Shown: positions 49,385-63,300 of the stretch, piece by piece | Numbering within the stretch: the first letter of the stretch is position 1 | How the letters are laid out: each line of letters begins with the position of its first letter | NCBI GenBank assembly: GCA_029717555.1 | Contig: JAMDHS010000020.1 | Location: 186,001 to 250,000, forward strand | Direction of reading: 5' to 3' | From: Peribolospora baueri | Lineage: Eukaryota | DNA length: 64,000 bases | Position numbers and translations under genes: made by a program | The notes under the pieces: model-generated | Databases searched by the model: none | Told to the model about the DNA's origin: nothing | Seen by the model: only the letters and a program-made list of their open reading frames with translations

Positions 49385-51604
49385 ATGGCCTCGTATCATC
49401 GTCCTTTCGCTCCCGTGTCCGGCCCTCCTTCCCTGCGCGGCCCTCAGCCGCCGCCGCCGCCGCCGCCGGGCCCTCCACAGCCCCAGCAGCCGTCCGAGGC
49501 CTTCTCGCACGCGGAGGCGCTCGCCATTGCCTCCGACCCGTACACGTTCCGGAACATGTACCGCGGACAGCTCTCCGGGCTCACTTTCAATTCCAAGCCG
49601 CTCATCACCCATCTGACCATTCTCGCTCACGAGCACGTATACCGCATGTCCAACGTCATTGTCCAGGCCATCGTCGACCACATCCACCAGGTAAGTCGCT
49701 CTGCTCCACCTGACGCTTCGGATCCGTTCAAAGCTAAGAGTTGTCCCACACGGCCTCGAACACATTGCACTCATCTCGACTTCCGCACTCGCTGACGCTC
49801 TTTTACTTCCTTCTCACGCCAGTCATCGCCTCAGTACAGGTTGCCCGCGTTGTATGTGATGGATTCGATTTGCAAAAACATTGGCGCGCCGTACCCCGCT
49901 GCTTTCTCCACCTACGTCGAAGGCGTCTTCCTCGAGACGTACCGACTAGTGGAAGGCTCAGTGAAAGTGAGGCTCGAGGAGCTTCTGGGCACTTGGCGGA
50001 ACAGTGGCCCTCGAGGCACTGAGCTTTTCGGACCTGGGCCACAGACAGCCATTGAGCAGTCACTGTTTGGGCGTGAGGGGATGATGGGCGCGAGCCCGAG
50101 CCGCGGTGCGTTTTCCGGGCCCCTGCCACCACCTCAGCCGCCGGCACCACGTCAGCCGGCCTCTTTTGCGCCCCCTGCCGCCCTTCCTGGACATCCCCCG
50201 CGGGGACCGCCAGGACCTCCTCCAGCCCCTCCAGCACACACCGCGCCCTATTCACGTTCTGCGCCATCCATCACACCCCAACCTCCAGTCTTCCCCGCTC
50301 CAGCCCCGATGCCGGCCTCTGCTTACTCATTGCCATCAACCTCTTCCGCGCCCGTCCCCGCTCCGACTGCGCCTGCAGCAACGTCTGTTGGACCTGTCCC
50401 TGATCTTTTCCAAAGCCTGAAAGCAGCCGGCCTCATTGGTGGTTCGGCGGACGCGCTGTCGAGCCTTTTGCAGACGACCGGTCTACCTCAAGTATCGGCG
50501 AAGAGGCCGGAGCCGGACTCCGACTACGAAATGGCGATCATGTCCCTCGATATCAAGCTCACCAACGTGGGAATCCAGCAGGAGTACTCACAGGCCGTCT
50601 CCCTCATCTATGGAAGCCTTCCGCAGCAGTGTAGGCAGTGCGCCGCGCGGTTCCCTGTGGACCAGAAAGGCAAAGCTCGAATGGAGGATCACCTGGATTG
50701 GCACTTCCGGCACAACCGACGCGCGAGGGAAAGCCTCGTTAGGGGTCAAAGTCGGAGTTGGTTGATCAAAGATGGGGTAAGTCCTTGTGCATTCGAGGAA
50801 ATACGTACTGTATCGGGCTCAGTCTGTTTATTTTTGGACCCTAACAGGACTGGTTTTGCGGGGGCGAAGACGACGGCGGGAATGCTCATGGAAGTGGGCA
50901 CGACCGAGAAAACGATGTCGAGGCGCAGGCAGCGAAGAAGAAGGCCGAGCACGCCCGATCGTTCGTCATCGTGCCATCAGACCCTGATAAGGCGGCAAAA
51001 CCTTGCCCGATCTGTAAGGAAGCGTTCAAATCTGAGTGGAGCGAGGACGAGGAGGAATGGCTTTGGCGCAATGCGGTCGAAGTCGATGGAACGGTGAGGA
51101 ACGGTTTCCCTCCTTTAGATACGGGATGATGGACCACTTTTATATTTGCTACTTCAGAGGGCTTTTAAGGCTCTATGAGACAAATATTCCACCAAGATCT
51201 CTGACCGCTCCGCGTCCCAGTGGCGATAGCCGCCGAAGGTTTACGGGCACTTGTACTGATCGTCTTACATTTCGGTTCGTGCTCTGTCCCTGCAGGTGTA
51301 CCACGCGTCATGTCACGACTCCGCGCGAACACTGTCTGAAGCTGTAGGCACCACGCCTCCTCGGCAGACGAAGAGCCGAAGCAGCACGCCCCAGATGGCC
51401 ACTCTCACGCTACATTCGGACCCGGTGACGCGGATCAAGGCGGAGGAACGAGGTGCGACTCCGACGACATCGGCGTCTGGGTCTTCGTCTTCGATGGCCA
51501 CGACGAGCTCGTCGCTGGGCAAACGCAAGGACTCGCCGGTGGTCAAGGAGGAGGTGGAGGGGAACGAGACGGATGCGATGAGGTTGAAGCGAGTAGCTTC
51601 TTGA
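49385..51604 (+). CDS. PCF11: mRNA cleavage/polyadenylation factor Pcf11
   Basis: CID domain LTFNSKPLITHLT..LPALYVMDSICKNIG. Zinc fingers CRQC..HLDWHF and CPICKE..YHASC. Confidence 0.93.
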
Positions 51605-52242
51605 CAAACGAGTCATTCATTTCTCACTAGTTCCGACCCTCATTCACCCTTTCATCATGGATCGCATCACCTACGTCCCTGAGCCTGCATATTCCCCAAC
51701 CCTGTTGTGCATGTCGACATCCCCAATGCTCCTCGTTTTGTAGACTACACTCTTCGCCGCAGCTGATTCCCATAACGCACGATATTGGCATCTCTTTACG
51801 GACAGCAAGGTCTTGAAACGACAGCGGCGTGGGATGGAAACCGTCCAGTTCCGCGCAGGTAAGGACAACGTGTATGAGACGGGAAGGCTAGATTCGAGCC
51901 TACAGCGTTAGAGATGGAGTGTTGTTAAAACAGTCACTGTATTCGCTCCGTCACCCAAGAGAAGAGAAGCCTAGCGCTGCCACGGCGGAAAGGGTGAAAC
52001 ATGCGCGTTCGCCTGGATCAGGAAGGAGATTGGCGGGAATAATGGCGCTCGGCGGACCCCGTCACTAGTGGAGAAGGAAGGAAACGAGACGAACAGCGAG
52101 CCAAGGCTCGAGAGGGTATACAAACAGTTCTCCCCGGACATGAACATTTGGAAAGAGGTGCATGATGCCACGAATCCGGTAAGGAAGGCGAGAGGATGGA
52201 CTGCCGGCTGCCCCCTCCCCTCCTCAAAAGGACAAAGCTTCA

Positions 52243-53707
<1,465 letters not shown>

Positions 53708-53888
53708 GGTGTACGAGCTGGACGGGGAAACGGTGGGGCAGGCACAGGCGGGGACTTGCCGCAGTCAATTCGAATCATATCAGGCTTTGTCTTTATCATA
53801 TCGCGAAGGAAAGATTGCTCGAGCAAGAAGAATAAGATCATCCTCGTCCGCGTCTCCTTTCTCCCTTCCTCCCTTTCTCCTTTCCTCC

Positions 53889-56592
53889 ATGTGCCCCGCG
53901 GCCCTCTCTCGTTGCTGCTCCGCTTCGGCGCCTTTTCGCCCCGCCCACGTCCGCGGAGTGGCTCGACTCGCCGCGCACGCCGAGGCCGGGAAGAAGGTCC
54001 TCTCCCCCTCGGCAGGCGCTGTGCGAGCGAGAGCAGACGTATGTATCGCTTCCTGTCCGTATTTCCGGCCTCTGTTTGCAAAATATGGTGTTACAGAACG
54101 TCCCGGTGCTCATTGACCGCCGTTTCCATGCTTTGCTCCTCGTTGCCATGCTCGTCAGGCTCCACGGCGCTCTATCTCCAGCAACGCAGCCAAAGAGGCG
54201 GCGGAGGAGCAGAGGGTAAGTCGGTGGGCTCGAGGTATAGGCGTTCGTGCCCCGTCGTACAAGCCTTCCTCATGCTGTTTGTATTCATGCGTCCTCTCAG
54301 AATCTCATCCTTGAGATCCTCCTCTCCAAGCCCTCCCTACGCGACTCTCGCTCCTACCTCGCCTCATTCGCCCCTCGTCCCCCAGACGACCGTCGTTCGC
54401 GCTCCCGCCTCCGTGACCGCGACTTTTTCGATGCTAACGTCCTCGCTCGCGACAAGGACCGGACGGCCGTATATGGAGAGGAGACGGGTCTGGAGGGCGT
54501 TTTGAGCGCGACTGGGGGTTTGGCAACTGACCCCGCGTTGAACGACTCGCACGCTGCGCCTTCCGAATCGGTCAAGCTAAGCTCCAGAGAACATGTGGAG
54601 GAGCTGCTACAGCCTCCCATTCAGTCTCACACCGGCCTCGTCAAGATTCAAGGGCCGTTTACCGATCGTCAGCTGGCTAGTATCGCGGAAGGAATGGTGT
54701 ACCTGAAGAAGCTTGGACTGGTCAGCGTCATCGTCGTTGACTCCGAGCAGTGGCCTCGGCGCGGCTCGACCCAGGAGGTCTGTGCTGGAGACCATGGGGA
54801 TGGGGGTGAGAGGAAGAGGAAGACGCTGAGGGAGCAGATGGTAGACGAGACGTATCGGATCGTTGACATGCTCGAGGCCAAGGGAGGAAACGCACGTCCG
54901 ATGATGGAGTCGGTCGTCAGACTATCCTCCGCTTGCGAGGACGACGGTGCGGTCATTGACGACCTCAAACTCCTTCGATATGCTCTGGCAAACGATCAGA
55001 TACCCGTCATACCCCCGTTCGCCGTGGACGCGTCTCTGCAAAGCGTGTGCGTGTCAGCGGACGATGTCATGGTCGCTCTGTCGCGGGGGCTTTGCGAAGC
55101 GGGCAGGCGAGAGTCGGAGGAGAAGGAGCGTCGACGTTCGGGTTGGGTGGACAACAACGCTCAGGCGTCGACCGTTGCACCTTCCATCGACCTTACGCCG
55201 GTGCGCCTGATGATCATCAACCGCGAAGGTGGCATTCCGGCCCACTCTCGAGGCGGCAACCCACATCTGTCGATCAATCTCCGGTCCGAGTACGACCACA
55301 TCCTGCGCACCTTCCTCTGGCAGGACAGCCACCCCACTTCGCTCTCCAACCTCTGTCTCGCGCGTGACTGCCTGGAACACATGCCGCGCACTAGCAGCGG
55401 CGTGATTGTGAGCCACCGGTCGCCGAAGAGCCTGATTGGCAACCTGATCACCAACAAAGCGGCGCATTCGCCTAGCCTGCCTCAAGCCCTGCTCTCCATC
55501 GACGACCCACCACCGTCGTCGTCCTCTGCCGACGGCGGTCTGAACGAGACATCTCCGGCCGTCGCCGAATCGACGAGCACGTCTCCATCTGCCGCCGTCG
55601 CTTCGGCCGCCTCTTCCCCGCTCGTTGGCACGTTGTCACCGTCGTCATTCACCGGCGCACTGACCGGAAGGTCATCCTCTCTGCGACACATACCGACGAT
55701 GATCCGACACGGTCTCCCGGTCCGTGTGATCCGCGACTTTTCCGCGCTCGATTTCGAAAAGCTGACCACGCTCCTTGAGACCTCTTTCCGACGGCGGCTC
55801 GACCGCGAGGCTTATTACGCGCGCCTGGAGAGGGACATTGATTTTGTCATCGTAGCGGGGGACGAGTACGAGGGCGCGGCTATCGTTACCTCAGAGAGAG
55901 GCCGCGCCGAGGAGGGGGGGGAGATGGCGGAGGAGCCGCTCGCTTATTTGGACAAGTTCGCCGTGTTGCCCAGCTTGCAGGGCGACGGTACCGTTGATTT
56001 CCTGTGGGGCGCTTTGCGAGAGTGAGTAGCGGGCGCGCGGACGCTCTTCGTCTTTTTCTTTTTCTTTATCGCCGCGTCGGTAGAAAGGCGGCAGTCCGGG
56101 GCGTGCGCTCGGTCGGATGGACTTTGGGTCGCTCAATATGGGGGAGGATTGGTTTGGACGCTGACGAGCGCATTTACATTCTTCCCAATGCCGCGCGTGC
56201 CCCTTGCCTCGCCGCCCCCCAGCGAATCCTTCGGTCTCGGTCTCCAAGACGCGCTGAACGACAATGGCGGTCTGGGTGGTCTAGGCAAAGGCCGGGATCT
56301 GGTGTGGAAGTCGCGTTCGGAGAACCCGGTGAACCGGTGGTACTGGGAGCGGAGCTCCGGCTTCGTGCGCATACATACCGATCGGGAGAGGGAGAGGAGG
56401 GGGGAGAAGCCGGGGTGGTCGATGTTCTGGTGCGACGCCGAGGATAGGATCGCCAGGATGGTCGGGGAGAGGAGGGGAGGAGAAGGCGACCAACGGCTGA
56501 CGGGCGGCCTTCCCGTCGTGGCTGAGGAGGAGCACGGCAGGCTGGAGCGGTGGGCGAGGGTGTTGAGCGGCATCCCTTCCGCCTGGAAATAG
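53889..56592 (+). CDS. ARG2: Mitochondrial N-acetylglutamate synthase (amino-acid acetyltransferase)
   Basis: Presequence exons. PSLRDSRSYLASF, LVKIQGPFTDRQL, MIINREGGIP..RGG.PHLSINL, LIGNLITNK, YLDKFAVLPSLQGDG.VDFLW, WKSRSENPVNRWYWERSSG and IPSAWK*. Confidence 0.93.
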
Positions 56593-57808
56593 CCTTCCTT
56601 CCGCCTAGCTTGTCCAACCTGACCTCTGGTGTTTGTGTTTGTGTTGGTGTTGGTGTTTGTCGCTCCGCCGTGTATCCTCCGCCATCGCCCGCTACGCTAC
56701 GTCTGACTAATGATATTCATCGGGCACTCGAGTAACCACTGTGTCGTCCCTAGCGTTGCGCCGATTCCACGGCGTGGCCCGTGCGCGACCAGGGGACAAG
56801 CCGAGGACTGCAGCCTGGCGAAGGGTGTTCGAAAAAAGTATTAAAAAAAAAAGTCTCCGAAAGAGTGCGCTGAAGAGAAAATGGGACTGGGACGGATGGT
56901 TATGGGACCGACCCGGCGGACGACGGGAACCGGCCCCTCTCCCCGTCCCTCCAACCACACCTCCTTCACCGCCGCGATCTTACAGAACATTTTATTATCT
57001 CTCTCTCCTTCCCCTCCGGCCCGACCCGGCGCTCCACCTCCGTACTCCGTGCTCCTTCGGACGCGGGCCGGGCGGGCGGGCGAACGGAGGAGTGGGGCGA
57101 TGGTGCCGGCGGTACACGCATGACATGACGAGCGAGGGACGGAGAGGGAAGGACAGGACAAGACTTCGGCCAGGCCAGGCTAGTTGATTACGTATGTTAC
57201 GGCCGGTGCCCAGCCCCCCCCCCCCCCCCAACCGCACCTCGAAACTTGCGACGGGTGCCCCGAGCAGACGTCGATGCCGACTTGGCCTCCATGACAGGGA
57301 CGAGGACGGGGACGATGACGGGAGAACATAAACAGCACCGAATCGAGTAGATATATCTAGACTACGCACTTTCCTCGTCACGCAACACACACACACACAC
57401 AAATGCGGACACACAGAGACGGACGGACGGACGCGGGACCATCGGCGTATGCCGATACAAAATAATTTTACCATGTTCCATTGCAATGCGATCCACGCAC
57501 GGTGGTTAAAGGGAGGGGGTAAACGAAAAAAGGGAATGTGAATGAAGTGAAAGTGAATGGCAAGTAAAGTGAAGTGGGGCGGGCGGGCGGTCTAGCCGTC
57601 CGCGACCTCATGACGCACGATGGGATGGTGGGTGGTGGGGAGGGAGCGAGGGAGCGAACGAAGGAAGCAATGAAGGAACGGACGGACGGACACACAAACG
57701 AGAAGAGAAGAGAAGACGCGCCGACTCAGGCCCAGCCTGTGTGGTCGGAAGCGTGCGTCGAAAGTCCTCTCTCTCTCCCCCGCCGCTAGCCCCAGCGCCA
57801 CGCCGAGC

Positions 57809-58887
57809 TCAATGGTGACGACGCTTGGCGAAACCCTTGGGAGGGCGGGGGAGGCGACGGCGGCTGTTGTAGGAGGGGGGAGCGTCGCAGGCGGCGGTAG
57901 CCTCTGTTGCGGGGACGGCAGAGGAGGGCACGGCGGCGGAGACGGTCGGGGAGACGGAGGCGGCCGCGGGGGCTACGGAGGCCGGGTAGGAAACCGCGGC
58001 CGGCGAGGAGACCGCGGCTGGGGAGGAAACTGAGACCGGGGAAGCAGGGTCGGCGGAACCGGCGGAACCGGCCGTGTTGGCGCCGGGGAAGTCGACGTCG
58101 ACGCACTGGTAGAAGGCGTCACCCGTGTCGGCGATGTTCCAGATGCCCAGGATGACTGCGGGGGAGAAGGAAGGAAAACGGAGGAGGGTCAGAAGGGTGA
58201 AAGTGGATGGAGGGCGGCTTGCCAGACTGACCGTGGTAGCCGGACCGGTTGGGGAGGTTCTGAACGGGGTGCGTCTCCGTGGTGCCCGGGTGGGTACCGT
58301 TCATGGGGATGGTCATGAACGGCGTCGACACAAAGTCGGTCGGGTCCATGGGGTCCGTCTTCGTAGAGTCCCAGTCGGGCCTGGTGATGTAGTACTCAAA
58401 GTCGATCGATGAGTGCATGGCGGTGAAGGACCAGTTGATGGCGGTGAGCGCGTTGGTGCCGGTGTTGGAGTGCGGCCAGCGCGTAGGCGATTGTTGGTCG
58501 AGGTCGGCGAAGCGGCCGACCGAGGCTGAGCACAGCTGCTTGCTACCGTTCTGGAAGAGGCCCTTTGGCCCCTCCTCGCTCTGTGGCTCGTACCTGGGAG
58601 GGGGAGGGTGTGCGCAGGTAAGCAAGCTGTCGGCGCCCATCCATCCACTCATCATGACACACTCACTGGATCTCGCCGCAATTCTGAGCCTTGCCGTCCT
58701 TGCACCACCCGGCGCGGCTCGGGGGGTTAGTGATCCAACCGTGAGCGGAAACTGATGAGAAAGATGGGATGCAGACCGGTCAGGATGGGGGCGGATGTGG
58801 GAGGTCGTCGTGCTCTTGCTCACCAGAAGTTGCGCCAAGGGCGACAAAAGCGAGAGCGGCAGACGAGAGAGCGTTCCAGGCCTTCAT
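57809..58887 (-). CDS. Secreted AA10 lytic polysaccharide monooxygenase (CBP21/GbpA-like, probably chitin-active), 285 aa
   Basis: Exons 58887-58824, 58751-58667, 58593-58232 and 58155-57809. Signal peptide ..GATSVSA is followed by His1 HGWITNPPSRA. Also QYEPQSEEGPKG, LDQQSPTRW, FTAMH (second His), YYITRPDW and HVILGIWNIADTGDAFYQCVDV. Confidence 0.95.
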
Positions 58888-60304
58888 GGCGTATGTATGC
58901 GAGACCAGCTGCAGGGCAAAGGCCAAGAGAGGGCGGGTGCGTGTGAGGGAGAAGGGGGGGGTTCGTATCAAACGAAAGTGGGGTTCGTGTCAAACGAAGG
59001 TGGGTGGTGGTGGGTGGGGAGCGAGTTGGCAATCCGTGCAGGGGTTTTGTTGCAAAGACGGAGGGGGCTGGGCGAGTGAGCGAGGACGGGGGAATGGAGA
59101 GGTAGACGAAGGGCGAAGATGGCGGGCAAGGGGGAGGAGAAGAGGAGGCGAGTGTTTATGTAGAGTGAGCGCATTCACACACACAACACCGCTATCTGTC
59201 TTGTCTGCCTTCCTGCCTGCCGCCGGCGCTGCTGTCCGGGGAGAGTCACAAAGAAATCTGACGACGTTGAGCGAAGATGGACAGGCGCGACAATGGCGGC
59301 CTCTCCCGCAATGGACATGCCGCCGGCGGCGAGCGAGCGCGAGCGGGAGCGGGGAGGAGAGAGGGAGCTAGAGCGATCAGCAAGCGCTTTCCTCCGAGCA
59401 GCCTCTGCTGCCGGCCGTCTATCCTCCGTCCATGTGAAGACGGCAGGAGGGAGGGCACCTTGGAGAGAGAAGGATAGATGGTGGGTCATCGTGCAATTCA
59501 GTTCGCGCATACCTCGACGGGATGGCGGCGGTGATGAGGCCGTCATCTGCCCACCCGCCCTCCGCCTTCCGCCCTCCGCTCTCTCACACGCATCCGCCCA
59601 CCACGGAACGAACAAGATAGATGAAATCAGATGACAGTCCGCTCTGCTGATCGCTCTTGCTGATCGCTCCGGTGACCTCCGCCGTCTAGTCGCTCCTAGT
59701 CGATCACAAGTGAGCCACCCTCTTCATCCCGTCATCCCGAACCGGCGCCGGCCGCAGTAGCGCGCTCCGGTCAGCCGATCAGGTGATCCACAGTGTCACG
59801 TGCATTTTGGAGAAGAGACACCGAACAATCAGAGAAAATAAGAAAAAACAAAAGAAAGGACGGCGGATGGCCCCCATTGGCTTGGACTCGTCGCTGGCCG
59901 ATGAAGGAACAAAACGGGCAGATAGACAGATGGACGGACGGACAGGTATAGTTAGCCTCGTCGTCGACGTCACGATCCACCGCGGGAGCAGCCGGGGATG
60001 ACGAACGCCGGCGACGACGGCGAGGACGACGACGGCTGCGAACAAGTACGCCGTCACGAGGCAGGCAGGCAGGCAGGCAGGCGGCTTCCGAACAGATTCT
60101 ATTCGAAAGCTGGACCTCTGGAAACGAACGAACGAGCGACGCTGCTCGAGGCTCGACCGAACCCCTTTCTGTATGTAGATGGATAACGAAGAGACGAGGG
60201 ATCCGATATATTCGTGTCGGTCCACAAGAGGAAAACCGAACAAAAAAAGATAAAAGAAATAATAACATGTCGGCCCATTCCTTCGTCTTGGACCACACCG
60301 CCGC

Positions 60305-63300
60305 TCATCGAGCCAATACCTCGTCAAATTGGATCGCGGTCGGGAACGGCCCCTGCGAGGCCGCCTTGGCGATCGAACCACCCGCGGGGTTCGAATTCGA
60401 AGCGGACGCCGCTGCTGCGGCCAAGACAGGGCCACCGCGAGGCAGCTCGCCAACGTCCTCGACCCAGATGCATCCCGACCGCGTCTCCGCCGCCGCTGCG
60501 CCGCCTTGCTGCCACGCCCCGCTCTCCTCAAACTCCGTCCCCTCCACCCACCGCCTCCACGCCTCCTCGTACCCGCGCTCCAGGTTGCGCGTCCATCGCA
60601 GCGTGTCGAACAGCGGCGAGTGGTCGCGCGTCATGAACAAATTGCGTCGCAGGTCCGCCAGAGGGCCCATGCCGCGTCGCAACGTCGCTTGCGCCGGCGG
60701 CATCCGCCGCACCGTGTGAGCCGCTACTTGCGCTCCCGCGGAGCCCCCGTTGGCGATCGCCGCCGAGGCCACGTTGTGCTCCGTCGCGGTGCCGCCGACG
60801 GAACCGATGACGGTGCCTTGAGCGTCCAGGTACTCGTACCACAACGTCCTCGCCAGTTCCACCGCCCGATCCTCGTACTCCCGCTCGCTCTCCACAATCA
60901 TCTCGGCGCCGTACCCGGTCGCCTTGGCGATCGACGCGGCGACGCGCGAGCACATCTTGTGCTTGTGCCTCGGCCACGTCAGGATCGGCGTCCCGGACCA
61001 GAGGATGTCGGCGGCGGTCGTGTGCGCGTTGCACTCCGTCGTGTCGAGGAACAGGTCGGCGATCCGTCCTCGGTGGATGTGGATGTGCTTTGGCGCCACG
61101 TCCGTGAACACCACCCGAGAAGCCACTTCCTCGCCCGCCCACTCGCGAGCGGCGCGCAATAGATGTGGCTCCCCCGTGGCAGGGAACCGCAGGAGCCAGA
61201 TGATGGAACGAGGCACGCGAGCAAGGATGCGCAACCACAGCTTGAACAGCATCTGCGCGAGTCCCATCGAGAGAGACACCAAGCAAAACAGGGCTCAGCG
61301 TATACCCACACGCTAGCCATTTCGACCCGGAGGACTGCAAACGACACGCGCCCACTCACCGGCTCGATCTTGTAAAGTTGATTAAAATTGGTGAAGATGA
61401 CAAAGTCGTCGGGCAGATTCGGGAACAGCTCTCTGCGCATCTTCCAGCGCTTCTCTTCTTCAGCCGCGTAGTAGGCCTGTGGCGTGAGCGCGACGGCCGA
61501 ATTCGGAGGCTTCATCAGTCCGTTCACCCCCGTTTCCTCTGCTGCTTCATCCCGGAAGCCCTGCCTGTGGTCGTTCACAAACTGCGAACGGCGAAAACAA
61601 AAACGAAATGGGTGGCGTTGAGCGGAGGCGTCCGATCCGGACCCGACGACGACGCACGCCCCATATGCCGAGCCGACTCACGTAGCTGTGGGGCATGTAA
61701 ATGAACTTTTCCGTATACACCCAATCGTCCAACGGGTCCTCGGGGTCCAGATCTCCCTCCAAGTCAGTCTCCCTATCCTCCCTGGCTGCTTCGTTCTGAA
61801 GGTACGTGTGGCCCCGGTTCAGGCCGTGGTACGCGCGCCACTTCTCCCCCGACGTGACCTCGGGCGGACACACGATCGGATCCGCCACCACCCAGTCCGT
61901 CCATCCCGACGCCAGCGTGCCGGCGAAGCCCATAAACTCCATCTGCACGGGACACGGCCGGGCCGCGAACACCTCGTTGCGCGCACCCTTGGTGTACCCG
62001 TTGAGGTTCATGAGAATGTGGATGCCGTCTTGGACGACGCGCTCGACGATGCGCTGATTCGACCACGTGGAGACGTCGAGGAAATGCTGCGCCTCCCGCT
62101 CGATCTTTTGCCGGTACGGCGATTGATCCGACGCCGTGGTGGCATACAAGAACACGTTGAACCGAGAGCGGTCGTGGAAGCCAAAGACGGACTGCATGAG
62201 ATGGGCGAGCGGGTGGTTGTTAAAATCCGAGGACACGTAACCGATGTTGATCTTGGGCTGAGGCGGCGGCGGAGGCGGATATACGTGCTGAGGAAGCCAC
62301 ATCTGGCTGAGGGTGGTTTGTGAAATGCGGAGAGCGTTGCGGTGCGAGATGAGCCGGATCTGCCTCGGCGAGAGGGGGTACGTGAAGGTGTGAAACGGCA
62401 AAACGGTCGGCACCGATGGAGTGACGAGACAGGGTGGTAGAGGTATGCGACGGTATACGGCGGCGAGCTCGGGCGTTGGGTGGATCATGGGGAACATTCC
62501 AGCCACGGCGCTCGCTCGCGTGACCTTTCCGTACGTATCGACGTACCAACGACGCTGCGGCCGAATGAGAGTAACGACAGTGGGTAAGCGGTTGCCTTCA
62601 GAGGGAAGAACAGAGGTCGACGTTATGGGCGAACGCCTCGCTCACCTGCATGCGACGAAGCATCCTCTCGATGAGTCGGATGACGAAGCCTCCTTCGTTG
62701 ATTTTGGACCCGACACGGTCGAGATTGGTGTAGAACCGCCGAATTCGCTTCTGCCAGACGGCCTTCTTCGCCCCGGGACAGGTCGTTCCCAATGCGGAGA
62801 GCACCAGCAGGAGCCAGTCCTCGGGTCTGCCTTCAGATTGGATGACTCCGGCGCCGTATAGAAGCCCCTCGTCGAGCTGCTTGGTCACGAGCTCCGACAC
62901 GTTGTCCATCCACCCTCGTTCTCCGGGCCTCTCGGCGTACACCTCCCGCCAGTCGCACACCGCCAGTAACGCGTTGACCAAGCCGCAGAGCGCCTCGGGG
63001 AAACGGGGGTTCACTTGGACGGCGCGGCGGTAGTACTGCACCGAGTCCTGGGTACGACCCATGTCCTTGATGGCGTTTCCGAGGTTGGCGAGGGCGACGT
63101 CGAAACGCGGGTTGCACTCGATTGCTTTCTCGTACATCCTGCATGAGAGTCAAAGAAAGACGGCTCCGAGTGGTTCAGCAACCTCCCGGTGCACGTCAGA
63201 GCGCTGCGCCGCGCCGCGCGTCACATCGATCGTCACTCACCTCACAGCTTCGTTGAGGTGCCCGAGGTCTTTCAGGAGGGAACCGAGGTCTATCGGACGA

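Noticed and set aside
60329..62323. + strand ORFs of 277 and 211 aa
   Set aside because: Antisense shadows of OGT.
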